From Escherichia coli (GTDB lineage: Bacteria > Pseudomonadota > Gammaproteobacteria > Enterobacterales > Enterobacteriaceae), in NCBI RefSeq assembly GCF_003334305.1, contig NZ_QOWS01000014.1: 64,000 nt of DNA. The stretch is one strand, 5' to 3'. This document shows, in pieces, positions 1 through 9,064 of this stretch (within the stretch, counting starts at the first letter, position 1; each line of letters begins with the position of its first letter). Position numbers and translations under genes: made by a program. Below the pieces are notes generated by a model. It was not told the origin of the DNA and ran no database searches. It was given only the letters and a program-made list of their open reading frames with translations.

Positions 1-1
1 C

Positions 2-1036
2 GAGCTGCGTCAGGCTCTAGAAGATTCCGTTAAAAGCCATCTGATGTCTGATGTGCCTTACGGTGTGCTGCTTTCTGGTGGTCTGGATTCCTCAATTATT
101 TCCGCTATCACCAAGAAATACGCAGCCCGTCGCGTGGAAGATCAGGAACGCTCTGAAGCCTGGTGGCCGCAGTTACACTCCTTTGCTGTAGGTCTGCCGG
201 GTTCACCGGATCTTAAAGCAGCCCAGGAAGTGGCAAACCATCTGGGCACGGTGCATCACGAAATTCACTTCACTGTACAGGAAGGTCTGGATGCCATCCG
301 CGACGTGATTTACCACATCGAAACTTATGATGTGACCACTATTCGCGCTTCAACACCGATGTATTTAATGTCGCGTAAGATCAAGGCGATGGGCATTAAA
401 ATGGTGCTGTCCGGTGAAGGTTCTGATGAAGTGTTTGGCGGTTATCTTTACTTCCATAAAGCGCCCAACGCTAAAGAACTGCATGAAGAGACGGTGCGTA
501 AACTGCTGGCCCTGCATATGTATGACTGCGCGCGCGCCAACAAAGCGATGTCCGCCTGGGGCGTGGAAGCGCGCGTTCCGTTCCTCGACAAAAAATTCCT
601 TGATGTGGCGATGCGCATTAACCCGCAGGATAAAATGTGCGGTAACAGCAAAATGGAAAAACACATCCTGCGTGAATGTTTTGAGTCATACCTGCCCGCA
701 AGCGTGGCCTGGCGGCAGAAAGAGCAGTTCTCCGATGGCGTCGGTTACAGTTGGATCGACACCCTGAAAGAAGTGGCGGCGCAGCAGGTTTCTGATCAGC
801 AACTGGAAACTGCCCGCTTCCGCTTCCCGTACAACACGCCAACCTCAAAAGAAGCGTATCTGTACCGGGAGATCTTTGAAGAACTGTTCCCGCTTCCGAG
901 CGCCGCTGAGTGCGTGCCTGGCGGTCCTTCCGTCGCGTGTTCTTCCGCTAAAGCGATTGAGTGGGATGAGGCGTTCAAGAAAATGGACGATCCGTCTGGT
1001 CGTGCGGTTGGCGTTCACCAGTCGGCGTATAAGTAA
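2..1036 (+). CDS. asnB: Asparagine synthetase B, C-terminal part (5' end lies outside the window)
   Basis: Frame from position 2 translates ELRQALEDSVKSHLMSDVPYGVLLSGGLDSS..., recognised as AsnB; runs to stop at 1034-1036. Confidence 0.95.
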   Translation, partial: ELRQALEDSVKSHLMSDVPYGVLLSGGLDSSIISAITKKYAARRVEDQERSEAWWPQLHSFAVGLPGSPDLKAAQEVANHLGTVHHEIHFTVQEGLDAIRDVIYHIETYDVTTIRASTPMYLMSRKIKAMGIKMVLSGEGSDEVFGGYLYFHKAPNAKELHEETVRKLLALHMYDCARANKAMSAWGVEARVPFLDKKFLDVAMRINPQDKMCGNSKMEKHILRECFESYLPASVAWRQKEQFSDGVGYSWIDTLKEVAAQQVSDQQLETARFRFPYNTPTSKEAYLYREIFEELFPLPSAAECVPGGPSVACSSAKAIEWDEAFKKMDDPSGRAVGVHQSAYK

Positions 1037-1044
1037 GAAATGCG

Positions 1045-1080
1045 AAACAGCCCCGGTGAAATCCGGGGCTGTTTCAGTTA
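1045..1080 (+). terminator. Putative intrinsic terminator after asnB
   Basis: Inverted repeat acagccccgg / ccggggctgt followed by a T-containing tract. Confidence 0.55.
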
Positions 1081-1347
1081 TTGAGGTGCTTGTTAATTCT
1101 GATATGCAGTAAGGAAATGTTCCGGGTTTGCCACATCACTGTTTGACAACTCATCACTGTAGGCCAGTATTTCATAGATTAATTTCCCACCACTATTGTT
1201 GAATTCCGAATTTCATCCTGTACGACAAAAGAATGGCTGTAGGGTGGGGAAAAAACACAAAGTAAACAATAATTGACGAATATAGCGCCACGCTGTTCGC
1301 AACCTAACCAAACAGTCACTTTCGAGCAATTTTCCTTGAAAAAGAGG

Positions 1348-1384
1348 TTGACGCTGCAAGGCTCTATACGCATAATGCGCCCCG
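1348..1384 (+). promoter_or_regulatory. Putative sigma70 promoter of the tRNA operon, stringent type
   Basis: TTGACG at 1348-1353, 17-nt spacer, CATAAT at 1371-1376, then GC-rich discriminator GCGCCCCGC, about 40 nt upstream of the first tRNA. Confidence 0.55.
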
Positions 1385-1416
1385 CAACGCCGATAAGGTA
1401 TCGCGAAAAAAAAGAT

Positions 1417-1493
1417 GGCTACGTAGCTCAGTTGGTTAGAGCACATCACTCATAATGATGGGGTCACAGGTTCGAATCCCGTCGTAGCCACCA
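1417..1493 (+). tRNA. metT: tRNA-Met (elongator, anticodon CAU)
   Basis: 77 nt GGCTACGTAGCTCAGTTGGTTAGAGCACATCACTCATAATGATGGGGTCACAGGTTCGAATCCCGTCGTAGCCACCA with encoded CCA. Confidence 0.95.
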
Positions 1494-1502
1494 TCTTTTT
1501 TT

Positions 1503-1587
1503 GCGGGAGTGGCGAAATTGGTAGACGCACCAGATTTAGGTTCTGGCGCCGCAAGGTGTGCGAGTTCAAGTCTCGCCTCCCGCACCA
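1503..1587 (+). tRNA. leuW: tRNA-Leu (anticodon UAG)
   Basis: 85 nt GCGGGAGTGGCGAAATTGGTAGACGCACCAGATTTAGGTTCTGG...CGCACCA with long variable arm and encoded CCA. Confidence 0.95.
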
Positions 1588-1610
1588 TTCACCAGAAAGC
1601 GTTGTACGGA

Positions 1611-1685
1611 TGGGGTATCGCCAAGCGGTAAGGCACCGGTTTTTGATACCGGCATTCCCTGGTTCGAATCCAGGTACCCCAGCCA
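1611..1685 (+). tRNA. glnU: tRNA-Gln (anticodon UUG)
   Basis: 75 nt TGGGGTATCGCCAAGCGGTAAGGCACCGGTTTTTGATACCGG...CCCCAGCCA; anticodon loop TTTTGAT. Confidence 0.95.
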
Positions 1686-1700
1686 TCGAAGAAACAATCT

Positions 1701-1777
1701 GGCTACGTAGCTCAGTTGGTTAGAGCACATCACTCATAATGATGGGGTCACAGGTTCGAATCCCGTCGTAGCCACCA
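1701..1777 (+). tRNA. metU: tRNA-Met (elongator, anticodon CAU), second copy
   Basis: Sequence identical to the copy at 1417-1493. Confidence 0.95.
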
Positions 1778-1825
1778 AATTCTGAATGTGTCGAATACGT
1801 TCGGCAAATTCAAAAACCAATTTGT

Positions 1826-1900
1826 TGGGGTATCGCCAAGCGGTAAGGCACCGGATTCTGATTCCGGCATTCCGAGGTTCGAATCCTCGTACCCCAGCCA
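1826..1900 (+). tRNA. glnV: tRNA-Gln (anticodon CUG)
   Basis: 75 nt TGGGGTATCGCCAAGCGGTAAGGCACCGGATTCTGATTCCGG...CCCCAGCCA; anticodon loop ATTCTGATT. Confidence 0.95.
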
Positions 1901-1906
1901 CATTAA

Positions 1907-1938
1907 AAAAGCTCGCTTCGGCGAGCTTTTTGCTTTTC
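1907..1938 (+). terminator. Intrinsic terminator of the tRNA operon
   Basis: Hairpin aaaagctcgc-ttcg-gcgagctttt followed by tgcttttc. Confidence 0.8.
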
Positions 1939-1944
1939 TGCGTT

Positions 1945-2046
1945 CATTCAATGTCGAATGCGATGTTGACACGTTTTATCCTTCAATGTCGGATGCGACG
2001 CTGCCGCGTCTTATCCGACCTACGGTTGGCACGCATCCGGCAATGT
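1945..2046. repeat. REP/BIME-like extragenic palindromic repeats
   Basis: Two copies of ttcaatgtcg(a/g)atgcga plus CGTCTTATCCGACCTACGG, resembling the enterobacterial REP consensus. Confidence 0.5.
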
Positions 2047-2053
2047 TGTAAGG

Positions 2054-3229
2054 CTACAACCCTAACGCATATTTCAGCGCCTGACGTTTCAACACGCCAG
2101 CACGCTCTGCCGCCATTAACCCGAGATTACGCACAAAACGCAGCGGCGGCAGATTATTACTGAATCCGGCATAAAACAGATCCATACCACTTTGCATAAT
2201 GAAGTTATCCGCCATGCGCCGCATCTGGTAACGCTTGAGGACAGGATAACTGGCCCACGCTTCACCGTAGCTGCGGGCATTCACCAGAACATCAATCAGG
2301 GCATCGACATCACGATAACCAAGATTCACCCCCTGCCCCGCCAGCGGATGGATGGTATGCGCGGCATCGCCCACCAGCGCAAGCCCCGGCTGCACATACT
2401 GCAACGCATGTCGGCGCGTCAGCGGAAACGCACCAGCGGCAAGCGGTGTAACGTAACCCAGACGCGACGGGAAATGCTTCGCGATTTCCGCCTGGAGTTG
2501 CGCCATATTCATATTCTGCAACTGGCGAATACGTACCGGAGAGTCATACCACACCAGCGATGCCCAGTTATCAAACAACGGCAGAAACGCACGCGGTCCG
2601 TCCGGGGTAAATTGCTGCCAGGTGCTGTCGCCGGGATCGTTCTCACACTGTACGCTAATCAACATACACGACTGCGCATACTGCCAGGCATGAACGCCAA
2701 TTCCCGCCATCTGCCGCACCTGCGAATTTGCGCCGTCAGCACCAATCACCAGCTTCGCGCGAATCACTTCACCGCCCTTCAGTTCCAGCTCCTGAAGATC
2801 ATTATCTCGATGTAATGCAATCAGCGAGCCTGGCACACGTAACGTTACTTTCGGATGAGCTTCCAGCGCCTGCCACAATGCCTGTTGCAGGACGGTGTTT
2901 TCCACCATATAGCCAAGCAGCGGCAGCTTAAGTTCAGCGGCGTCAAACATCACATGCGCCGTTTCCCACTCCCACGTTTCCAGTCTGCGGTAAGGATGGC
3001 AACGCATAGCCTGTACTGCATCCCAGACCCCTAACCCTTTAAGCAATGATACCGATGCGGCGCTGATCGCCGAGATCCGCACGTCCGGTTGGCTATCAGC
3101 GACAAACGGTGCAGGTTCTGCGTGCTCGATCACCGTTACCGAAAATCCGTGCTGTGCCAGCCCCAGCGCCAGTGCGCCGCCGACCATTCCTCCGCCGACA
3201 ATGGCAATTTCCGTTGGTTGATTTGTCAT
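2054..3229 (-). CDS. ubiF: 2-octaprenyl-3-methyl-6-methoxy-1,4-benzoquinol hydroxylase (FAD-dependent)
   Basis: Track ORF 2054..3235 begins with TTG; the ATG at 3229 gives MTNQPTEIAIVGGGMVGG (FAD-binding GxGxxG), 391 aa. Confidence 0.9.
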   Translation of the reverse strand: MTNQPTEIAIVGGGMVGGALALGLAQHGFSVTVIEHAEPAPFVADSQPDVRISAISAASVSLLKGLGVWDAVQAMRCHPYRRLETWEWETAHVMFDAAELKLPLLGYMVENTVLQQALWQALEAHPKVTLRVPGSLIALHRDNDLQELELKGGEVIRAKLVIGADGANSQVRQMAGIGVHAWQYAQSCMLISVQCENDPGDSTWQQFTPDGPRAFLPLFDNWASLVWYDSPVRIRQLQNMNMAQLQAEIAKHFPSRLGYVTPLAAGAFPLTRRHALQYVQPGLALVGDAAHTIHPLAGQGVNLGYRDVDALIDVLVNARSYGEAWASYPVLKRYQMRRMADNFIMQSGMDLFYAGFSNNLPPLRFVRNLGLMAAERAGVLKRQALKYALGL

Positions 3230-3374
3230 GGTCAATCATCCTGTTAGCAATATGCTTTAAGTTTACAGGATTTTTACCCCCAAGGGCTGATAACGCTCAT
3301 ACTGGTCACAACGGCAGCAAAGCATTACACTATGCGCCCTGCATTCCTGGCTACTATTTCGCAAGAGCAAGTCG

Positions 3375-4799
3375 ATGACCAAAAAACTCCATATTAAAAC
3401 CTGGGGCTGTCAGATGAACGAGTACGATTCATCGAAGATGGCCGATCTGCTGGATGCCACCCACGGCTATCAACTGACCGACGTGGCGGAAGAAGCGGAT
3501 GTGCTGCTGCTGAACACCTGCTCAATCCGCGAGAAGGCTCAGGAAAAAGTCTTCCATCAGTTGGGTCGCTGGAAACTGTTAAAAGAGAAGAATCCAGACC
3601 TGATTATCGGCGTCGGTGGCTGCGTGGCATCGCAAGAAGGCGAGCACATTCGCCAGCGCGCCCACTATGTCGATATTATTTTTGGGCCGCAAACGCTGCA
3701 CCGTCTGCCGGAGATGATCAACTCCGTGCGCGGCGACCGCAGCCCGGTTGTAGATATCAGCTTCCCGGAAATCGAGAAGTTTGACCGTCTACCGGAACCG
3801 CGCGCCGAAGGGCCGACCGCGTTTGTCTCCATCATGGAAGGCTGCAATAAATATTGTACCTACTGCGTGGTGCCTTACACCCGTGGTGAAGAGGTAAGCC
3901 GTCCGTCTGACGATATTCTGTTTGAGATTGCCCAGCTTGCTGCTCAGGGCGTGCGTGAAGTCAACCTGCTCGGTCAGAACGTGAACGCCTGGCGTGGTGA
4001 AAACTACGACGGCACCACCGGATCGTTTGCCGATCTGCTGCGTCTGGTTGCTGCGATCGACGGGATCGATCGTATTCGCTTTACCACCAGCCATCCGATC
4101 GAATTCACCGACGATATCATCGAAGTGTACCGCGACACGCCTGAGCTGGTGAGCTTCCTGCATCTGCCGGTACAAAGCGGTTCCGATCGCATTCTGAACC
4201 TGATGGGCCGTACTCACACGGCGCTGGAGTACAAAGCGATCATCCGTAAACTGCGTGCGGCGCGTCCGGATATTCAGATCAGTTCTGACTTCATTGTTGG
4301 CTTCCCTGGCGAAACCACCGAAGACTTCGAGAAAACGATGAAGCTGATTGCCGACGTCAATTTCGACATGAGCTACAGCTTTATCTTCTCTGCACGTCCG
4401 GGGACGCCCGCCGCCGATATGGTGGATGATGTTCCGGAAGAAGAGAAGAAGCAGCGTCTGTATATTCTGCAAGAGCGCATTAATCAGCAAGCGATGGCGT
4501 GGAGCCGCCGGATGCTCGGCACCACCCAGCGTATTCTGGTAGAAGGGACTTCGCGTAAGAGCATCATGGAGCTTTCCGGGCGTACCGAAAATAACCGCGT
4601 GGTCAACTTCGAGGGCACACCGGATATGATCGGTAAATTCGTCGATGTAGAAATTACCGACGTCTACCCGAACTCTCTGCGCGGTAAAGTGGTGCGTACT
4701 GAAGATGAAATGGGTCTGCGCGTGGCAGAAACACCGGAATCGGTGATTGCCCGTACCCGCAAAGAAAACGACCTTGGCGTGGGTTATTATCAGCCGTAA
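3375..4799 (+). CDS. miaB: tRNA-i6A37 methylthiotransferase (radical SAM)
   Basis: 474 aa; CNKYCTYC radical-SAM cysteine motif; ATG at 3375. Confidence 0.95.
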
Positions 4800-4951
4800 T
4801 TCTCAGGCCCGCCGTTCCGGTGGGCCTTGTTTTTTCTCTCTTTATCCCCATCTTTATCGCAATGCTTGCGCCTTTTTCCTGTGGCGTGAATAATTTCCTT
4901 ATAGGCCGGTGAATGTTCAGCTTCCGGCGACATACAGATAAGAGGAACGGT

Positions 4952-5992
4952 TTGAACATAGACACTCGCGAAATCACCCTGGAGCCAGCAGACAACGCGC
5001 GTCTGTTGAGCCTGTGCGGCCCGTTTGATGACAACATCAAGCAGCTCGAACGCCGTCTCGGCATCGAGATCAATCGCCGCGACAACCACTTTAAACTGAC
5101 CGGCCGTCCGATTTGCGTCACCGCTGCGGCAGACATTCTGCGTAGCCTGTATGTCGATACAGCCCCGATGCGCGGTCAGATTCAGGATATCGAACCGGAA
5201 CAGATCCACCTTGCGATTAAAGAAGCGCGAGTACTGGAGCAAAGTGCGGAGAGCGTGCCGGAGTACGGCAAAGCGGTCAATATCAAAACCAAACGCGGCG
5301 TAATTAAGCCGCGCACGCCAAACCAGGCGCAGTACATCGCCAATATTCTCGACCATGACATTACCTTCGGCGTTGGCCCGGCGGGTACGGGTAAAACCTA
5401 CCTGGCAGTGGCTGCGGCAGTTGATGCCCTGGAGCGTCAGGAGATTCGCCGTATTCTGCTGACTCGTCCGGCGGTCGAAGCCGGTGAGAAACTGGGCTTC
5501 CTGCCTGGCGATTTAAGCCAGAAAGTAGACCCGTATCTGCGCCCGCTGTACGACGCGCTGTTTGAAATGCTGGGCTTTGAGAAAGTTGAGAAACTGATTG
5601 AGCGCAACGTTATTGAAGTCGCGCCGCTGGCCTATATGCGTGGTCGTACGCTGAACGACGCGTTTATCATTCTCGATGAGAGCCAGAACACCACCATCGA
5701 ACAGATGAAGATGTTCCTGACCCGTATCGGTTTTAACTCAAAAGCGGTTATCACCGGCGACGTCACACAGATCGACCTGCCGCGTAATACTAAATCAGGC
5801 TTACGTCACGCCATCGAAGTGCTGGCCGATGTCGAAGAGATCAGCTTTAACTTCTTCCACAGCGAAGACGTGGTTCGTCACCCTGTGGTGGCGCGTATCG
5901 TTAACGCCTATGAAGCCTGGGAAGAAGCCGAACAAAAACGAAAAGCGGCGCTGGCGGCAGAACGCAAGCGCGAAGAACAGGAACAAAAATGA
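4952..5992 (+). CDS. ybeZ: PhoH-like ATPase
   Basis: Walker A GPAGTGKT; probable TTG start at 4952 preceded by AGAGGA (346 aa); track ORF begins at ATG 4913. Confidence 0.85.
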
Positions 5993-6456
5993 GTCAGGTG
6001 ATCCTCGATTTACAACTGGCATGTGAAGATAATTCCGGGTTACCGGAAGAGAGCCAGTTTCAAACATGGCTGAATGCGGTGATCCCGCAGTTTCAGGAAG
6101 AATCGGAAGTGACTATTCGCGTGGTCGATACCGCCGAAAGCCACAGTCTGAATCTGACCTATCGCGGTAAGGATAAGCCGACCAACGTGCTCTCCTTCCC
6201 GTTTGAAGTGCCGCCTGGCATGGAGATGTCGCTACTGGGCGATCTGGTTATCTGCCGTCAGGTGGTTGAGAAGGAAGCTCAGGAGCAAGGCAAACCACTG
6301 GAGGCGCACTGGGCGCATATGGTGGTGCACGGCAGTCTGCATTTGTTAGGTTACGATCACATCGAAGATGACGAAGCAGAAGAAATGGAAGCCCTCGAAA
6401 CAGAGATTATGCTTGCTCTGGGCTATGAGGATCCGTACATTGCCGAGAAAGAATAA
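5989..6456 (+). CDS. ybeY: Endoribonuclease YbeY (rRNA maturation)
   Basis: 155 aa; [11 protein letters not shown] metal-binding motif; ATGA overlap with the ybeZ stop. Confidence 0.95.
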
Positions 6457-6545
6457 TTTGCCAGGCATTTGACTGGCAGACGTCCCCGCCGTTGGTGATT
6501 AACGACGGCGTTTTGATTAACTAACATGAGAACCCATACGACGCC

Positions 6546-7424
6546 ATGAGCGACGACAATTCACACAGTAGTGACACGATAAGCAACAAGAAGGGATTTT
6601 TCTCCCTGTTACTCAGCCAACTTTTCCACGGTGAACCGAAAAACCGTGACGAACTGCTGGCGCTGATCCGTGATTCCGGGCAGAACGACCTTATCGACGA
6701 AGATACGCGCGATATGCTCGAAGGGGTGATGGACATCGCAGACCAACGCGTTCGCGACATCATGATCCCCCGCTCCCAGATGATTACCCTGAAACGCAAC
6801 CAGACGCTGGACGAATGCCTTGATGTCATCATCGAGTCCGCCCACTCACGTTTCCCGGTGATTAGCGAAGACAAAGATCACATTGAAGGGATTCTGATGG
6901 CGAAAGACTTGCTGCCGTTTATGCGCAGCGATGCTGAAGCCTTCAGCATGGACAAAGTGTTACGTCAGGCGGTTGTCGTTCCTGAAAGTAAGCGCGTAGA
7001 CCGGATGCTGAAAGAGTTTCGCTCTCAGCGTTACCACATGGCGATCGTTATTGACGAATTCGGTGGGGTTTCCGGTCTGGTGACCATTGAAGACATCCTG
7101 GAACTGATTGTTGGTGAGATTGAAGACGAGTATGACGAAGAAGATGATATCGACTTCCGTCAGCTGAGTCGTCATACCTGGACCGTGCGCGCACTGGCTT
7201 CCATTGAAGACTTCAACGAAGCGTTCGGCACCCACTTTAGCGATGAAGAAGTCGACACTATCGGTGGTCTGGTGATGCAGGCGTTTGGGCATCTTCCGGC
7301 GCGTGGCGAAACTATCGACATCGACGGTTACCAGTTCAAAGTGGCGATGGCCGATAGTCGGCGTATTATTCAGGTTCATGTCAAAATCCCGGATGACTCA
7401 CCCCAGCCAAAGCTGGATGAATAA
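6546..7424 (+). CDS. corC: Mg/Co efflux-associated protein CorC (CBS pair plus CorC_HlyC domain)
   Basis: 292 aa, recognised as CorC/YbeX. Confidence 0.9.
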   Translation: MSDDNSHSSDTISNKKGFFSLLLSQLFHGEPKNRDELLALIRDSGQNDLIDEDTRDMLEGVMDIADQRVRDIMIPRSQMITLKRNQTLDECLDVIIESAHSRFPVISEDKDHIEGILMAKDLLPFMRSDAEAFSMDKVLRQAVVVPESKRVDRMLKEFRSQRYHMAIVIDEFGGVSGLVTIEDILELIVGEIEDEYDEEDDIDFRQLSRHTWTVRALASIEDFNEAFGTHFSDEEVDTIGGLVMQAFGHLPARGETIDIDGYQFKVAMADSRRIIQVHVKIPDDSPQPKLDE

Positions 7425-7448
7425 AACCGAAACAGGATAGATAACTAC

Positions 7449-8987
7449 ATGGCTTTTGCCTCATTAATTGAACGCCAGCGCATTCGCCTGCTGCTGGCGT
7501 TATTATTCGGTGCCTGCGGAACGCTGGCCTTCTCTCCTTACGATGTCTGGCCTGCGGCGATTGTTTCGCTGATGGGGCTTCAGGCGCTGACCTTTAACCG
7601 CCGCCCGCTCCAGTCTGCCGCTATTGGCTTCTGCTGGGGATTTGGCCTCTTTGGCACCGGTATTAACTGGGTCTATGTCAGCATCGCGACCTTTGGCGGG
7701 ATGCCTGGCCCGGTTAACATCTTCCTGGTGGTGCTGCTGGCGGCGTATTTGTCGCTGTATACCGGACTGTTTGCTGGCGTGCTGTCGCGCCTGTGGCCGA
7801 AAACCACCTGGCTGCGCGTGGCGATTGCCGCCCCTGCTCTCTGGCAAGTGACCGAGTTTCTGCGCGGTTGGGTGCTGACTGGCTTCCCGTGGTTACAGTT
7901 CGGCTATAGCCAGATTGATGGCCCGTTAAAAGGGCTGGCACCAATAATGGGCGTGGAAGCCATTAACTTCCTGCTGATGATGGTTAGCGGCCTGCTGGCA
8001 CTGGCGTTAGTCAAACGCAACTGGCGTCCGCTGGTGGTGGCCGTCGTGCTGTTTGCCCTTCCCTTCCCGCTGCGTTACATCCAATGGTTTACCCCGCAAC
8101 CGGAGAAAACCATTCAGGTTTCGATGGTTCAGGGCGATATTCCGCAATCACTGAAATGGGACGGAGACCAGCTTCTTAATACGCTGAAGATTTACTACAA
8201 CGCAACGGCACCGCTGCTGGGCAAATCATCGTTGATTATCTGGCCGGAGTCGGCGATAACCGATCTGGAAATTAATCAGCAACCGTTCCTCAAAGCACTG
8301 GACGGTGAGTTGCGTGATAAAGGTAGCTCGCTGGTAACCGGGATTGTCGACGCGCGTCTCAATAAGCAGAACCGCTACGATACCTACAACACCATCATCA
8401 CGCTGGGTAAAGGTGCACCGTACAGCTACGAATCAGCCGATCGCTATAACAAAAACCATCTGGTGCCGTTTGGCGAGTTTGTCCCGCTGGAGTCGATTCT
8501 GCGTCCGTTAGCACCGTTCTTTGATCTGCCGATGTCGTCGTTCAGCCGTGGGCCATATATCCAGCCGCCGCTGTCGGTAAATGGTATTGAGCTTACTGCG
8601 GCCATTTGCTACGAGATCATTCTTGGCGAGCAAGTGCGCGATAACTTCCGCCCGGATACCGACTATCTGCTGACTATCTCCAACGATGCGTGGTTTGGTA
8701 AGTCTATTGGTCCATGGCAGCACTTCCAGATGGCGCGAATGCGTGCGCTGGAGCTGGCGCGCCCACTGTTGCGCAGCACCAACAACGGCATTACGGCGGT
8801 GATTGGCCCGCAGGGTGAGATTCAGGCGATGATCCCGCAGTTCACCCGCGAGGTGTTGACCACTAATGTGACACCGACCACCGGACTCACACCGTATGCA
8901 CGTACCGGCAACTGGCCGCTGTGGGTGCTGACGGCGCTGTTTGGTTTTGCCGCTGTGCCGATGAGTCTGCGAGCACGTAAACGTTGA
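7449..8987 (+). CDS. lnt: Apolipoprotein N-acyltransferase
   Basis: 512 aa; N-terminal multi-TM region followed by a C-N hydrolase domain. Confidence 0.95.
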   Translation: MAFASLIERQRIRLLLALLFGACGTLAFSPYDVWPAAIVSLMGLQALTFNRRPLQSAAIGFCWGFGLFGTGINWVYVSIATFGGMPGPVNIFLVVLLAAYLSLYTGLFAGVLSRLWPKTTWLRVAIAAPALWQVTEFLRGWVLTGFPWLQFGYSQIDGPLKGLAPIMGVEAINFLLMMVSGLLALALVKRNWRPLVVAVVLFALPFPLRYIQWFTPQPEKTIQVSMVQGDIPQSLKWDGDQLLNTLKIYYNATAPLLGKSSLIIWPESAITDLEINQQPFLKALDGELRDKGSSLVTGIVDARLNKQNRYDTYNTIITLGKGAPYSYESADRYNKNHLVPFGEFVPLESILRPLAPFFDLPMSSFSRGPYIQPPLSVNGIELTAAICYEIILGEQVRDNFRPDTDYLLTISNDAWFGKSIGPWQHFQMARMRALELARPLLRSTNNGITAVIGPQGEIQAMIPQFTREVLTTNVTPTTGLTPYARTGNWPLWVLTALFGFAAVPMSLRARKR

Positions 8988-9037
8988 TGTGCCTGATGTA
9001 TCCTGCATGAGCAAAACGTACTTTCTCATTGAGCTTT

Positions 9038-9064
9038 GGGGCATGGTTATCATGCCCCTTTTTC
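9038..9064 (+). terminator. Intrinsic terminator of lnt, abutting the stop of the convergent 625-aa ORF
   Basis: GGGGCATG-gttat-CATGCCCC followed by TTTTTC; the minus-strand stop codon is at 9065-9067. Confidence 0.75.

Noticed and set aside
1179-1455. Small ORFs (60-78 aa) in the asnB-tRNA spacer
   Set aside because: They overlap the tRNA promoter and the first tRNA gene; no ribosome-binding sites; the region is better explained as promoter and leader.
3789-4490. 233-aa minus-strand ORF
   Set aside because: Antisense to miaB; no independent support.
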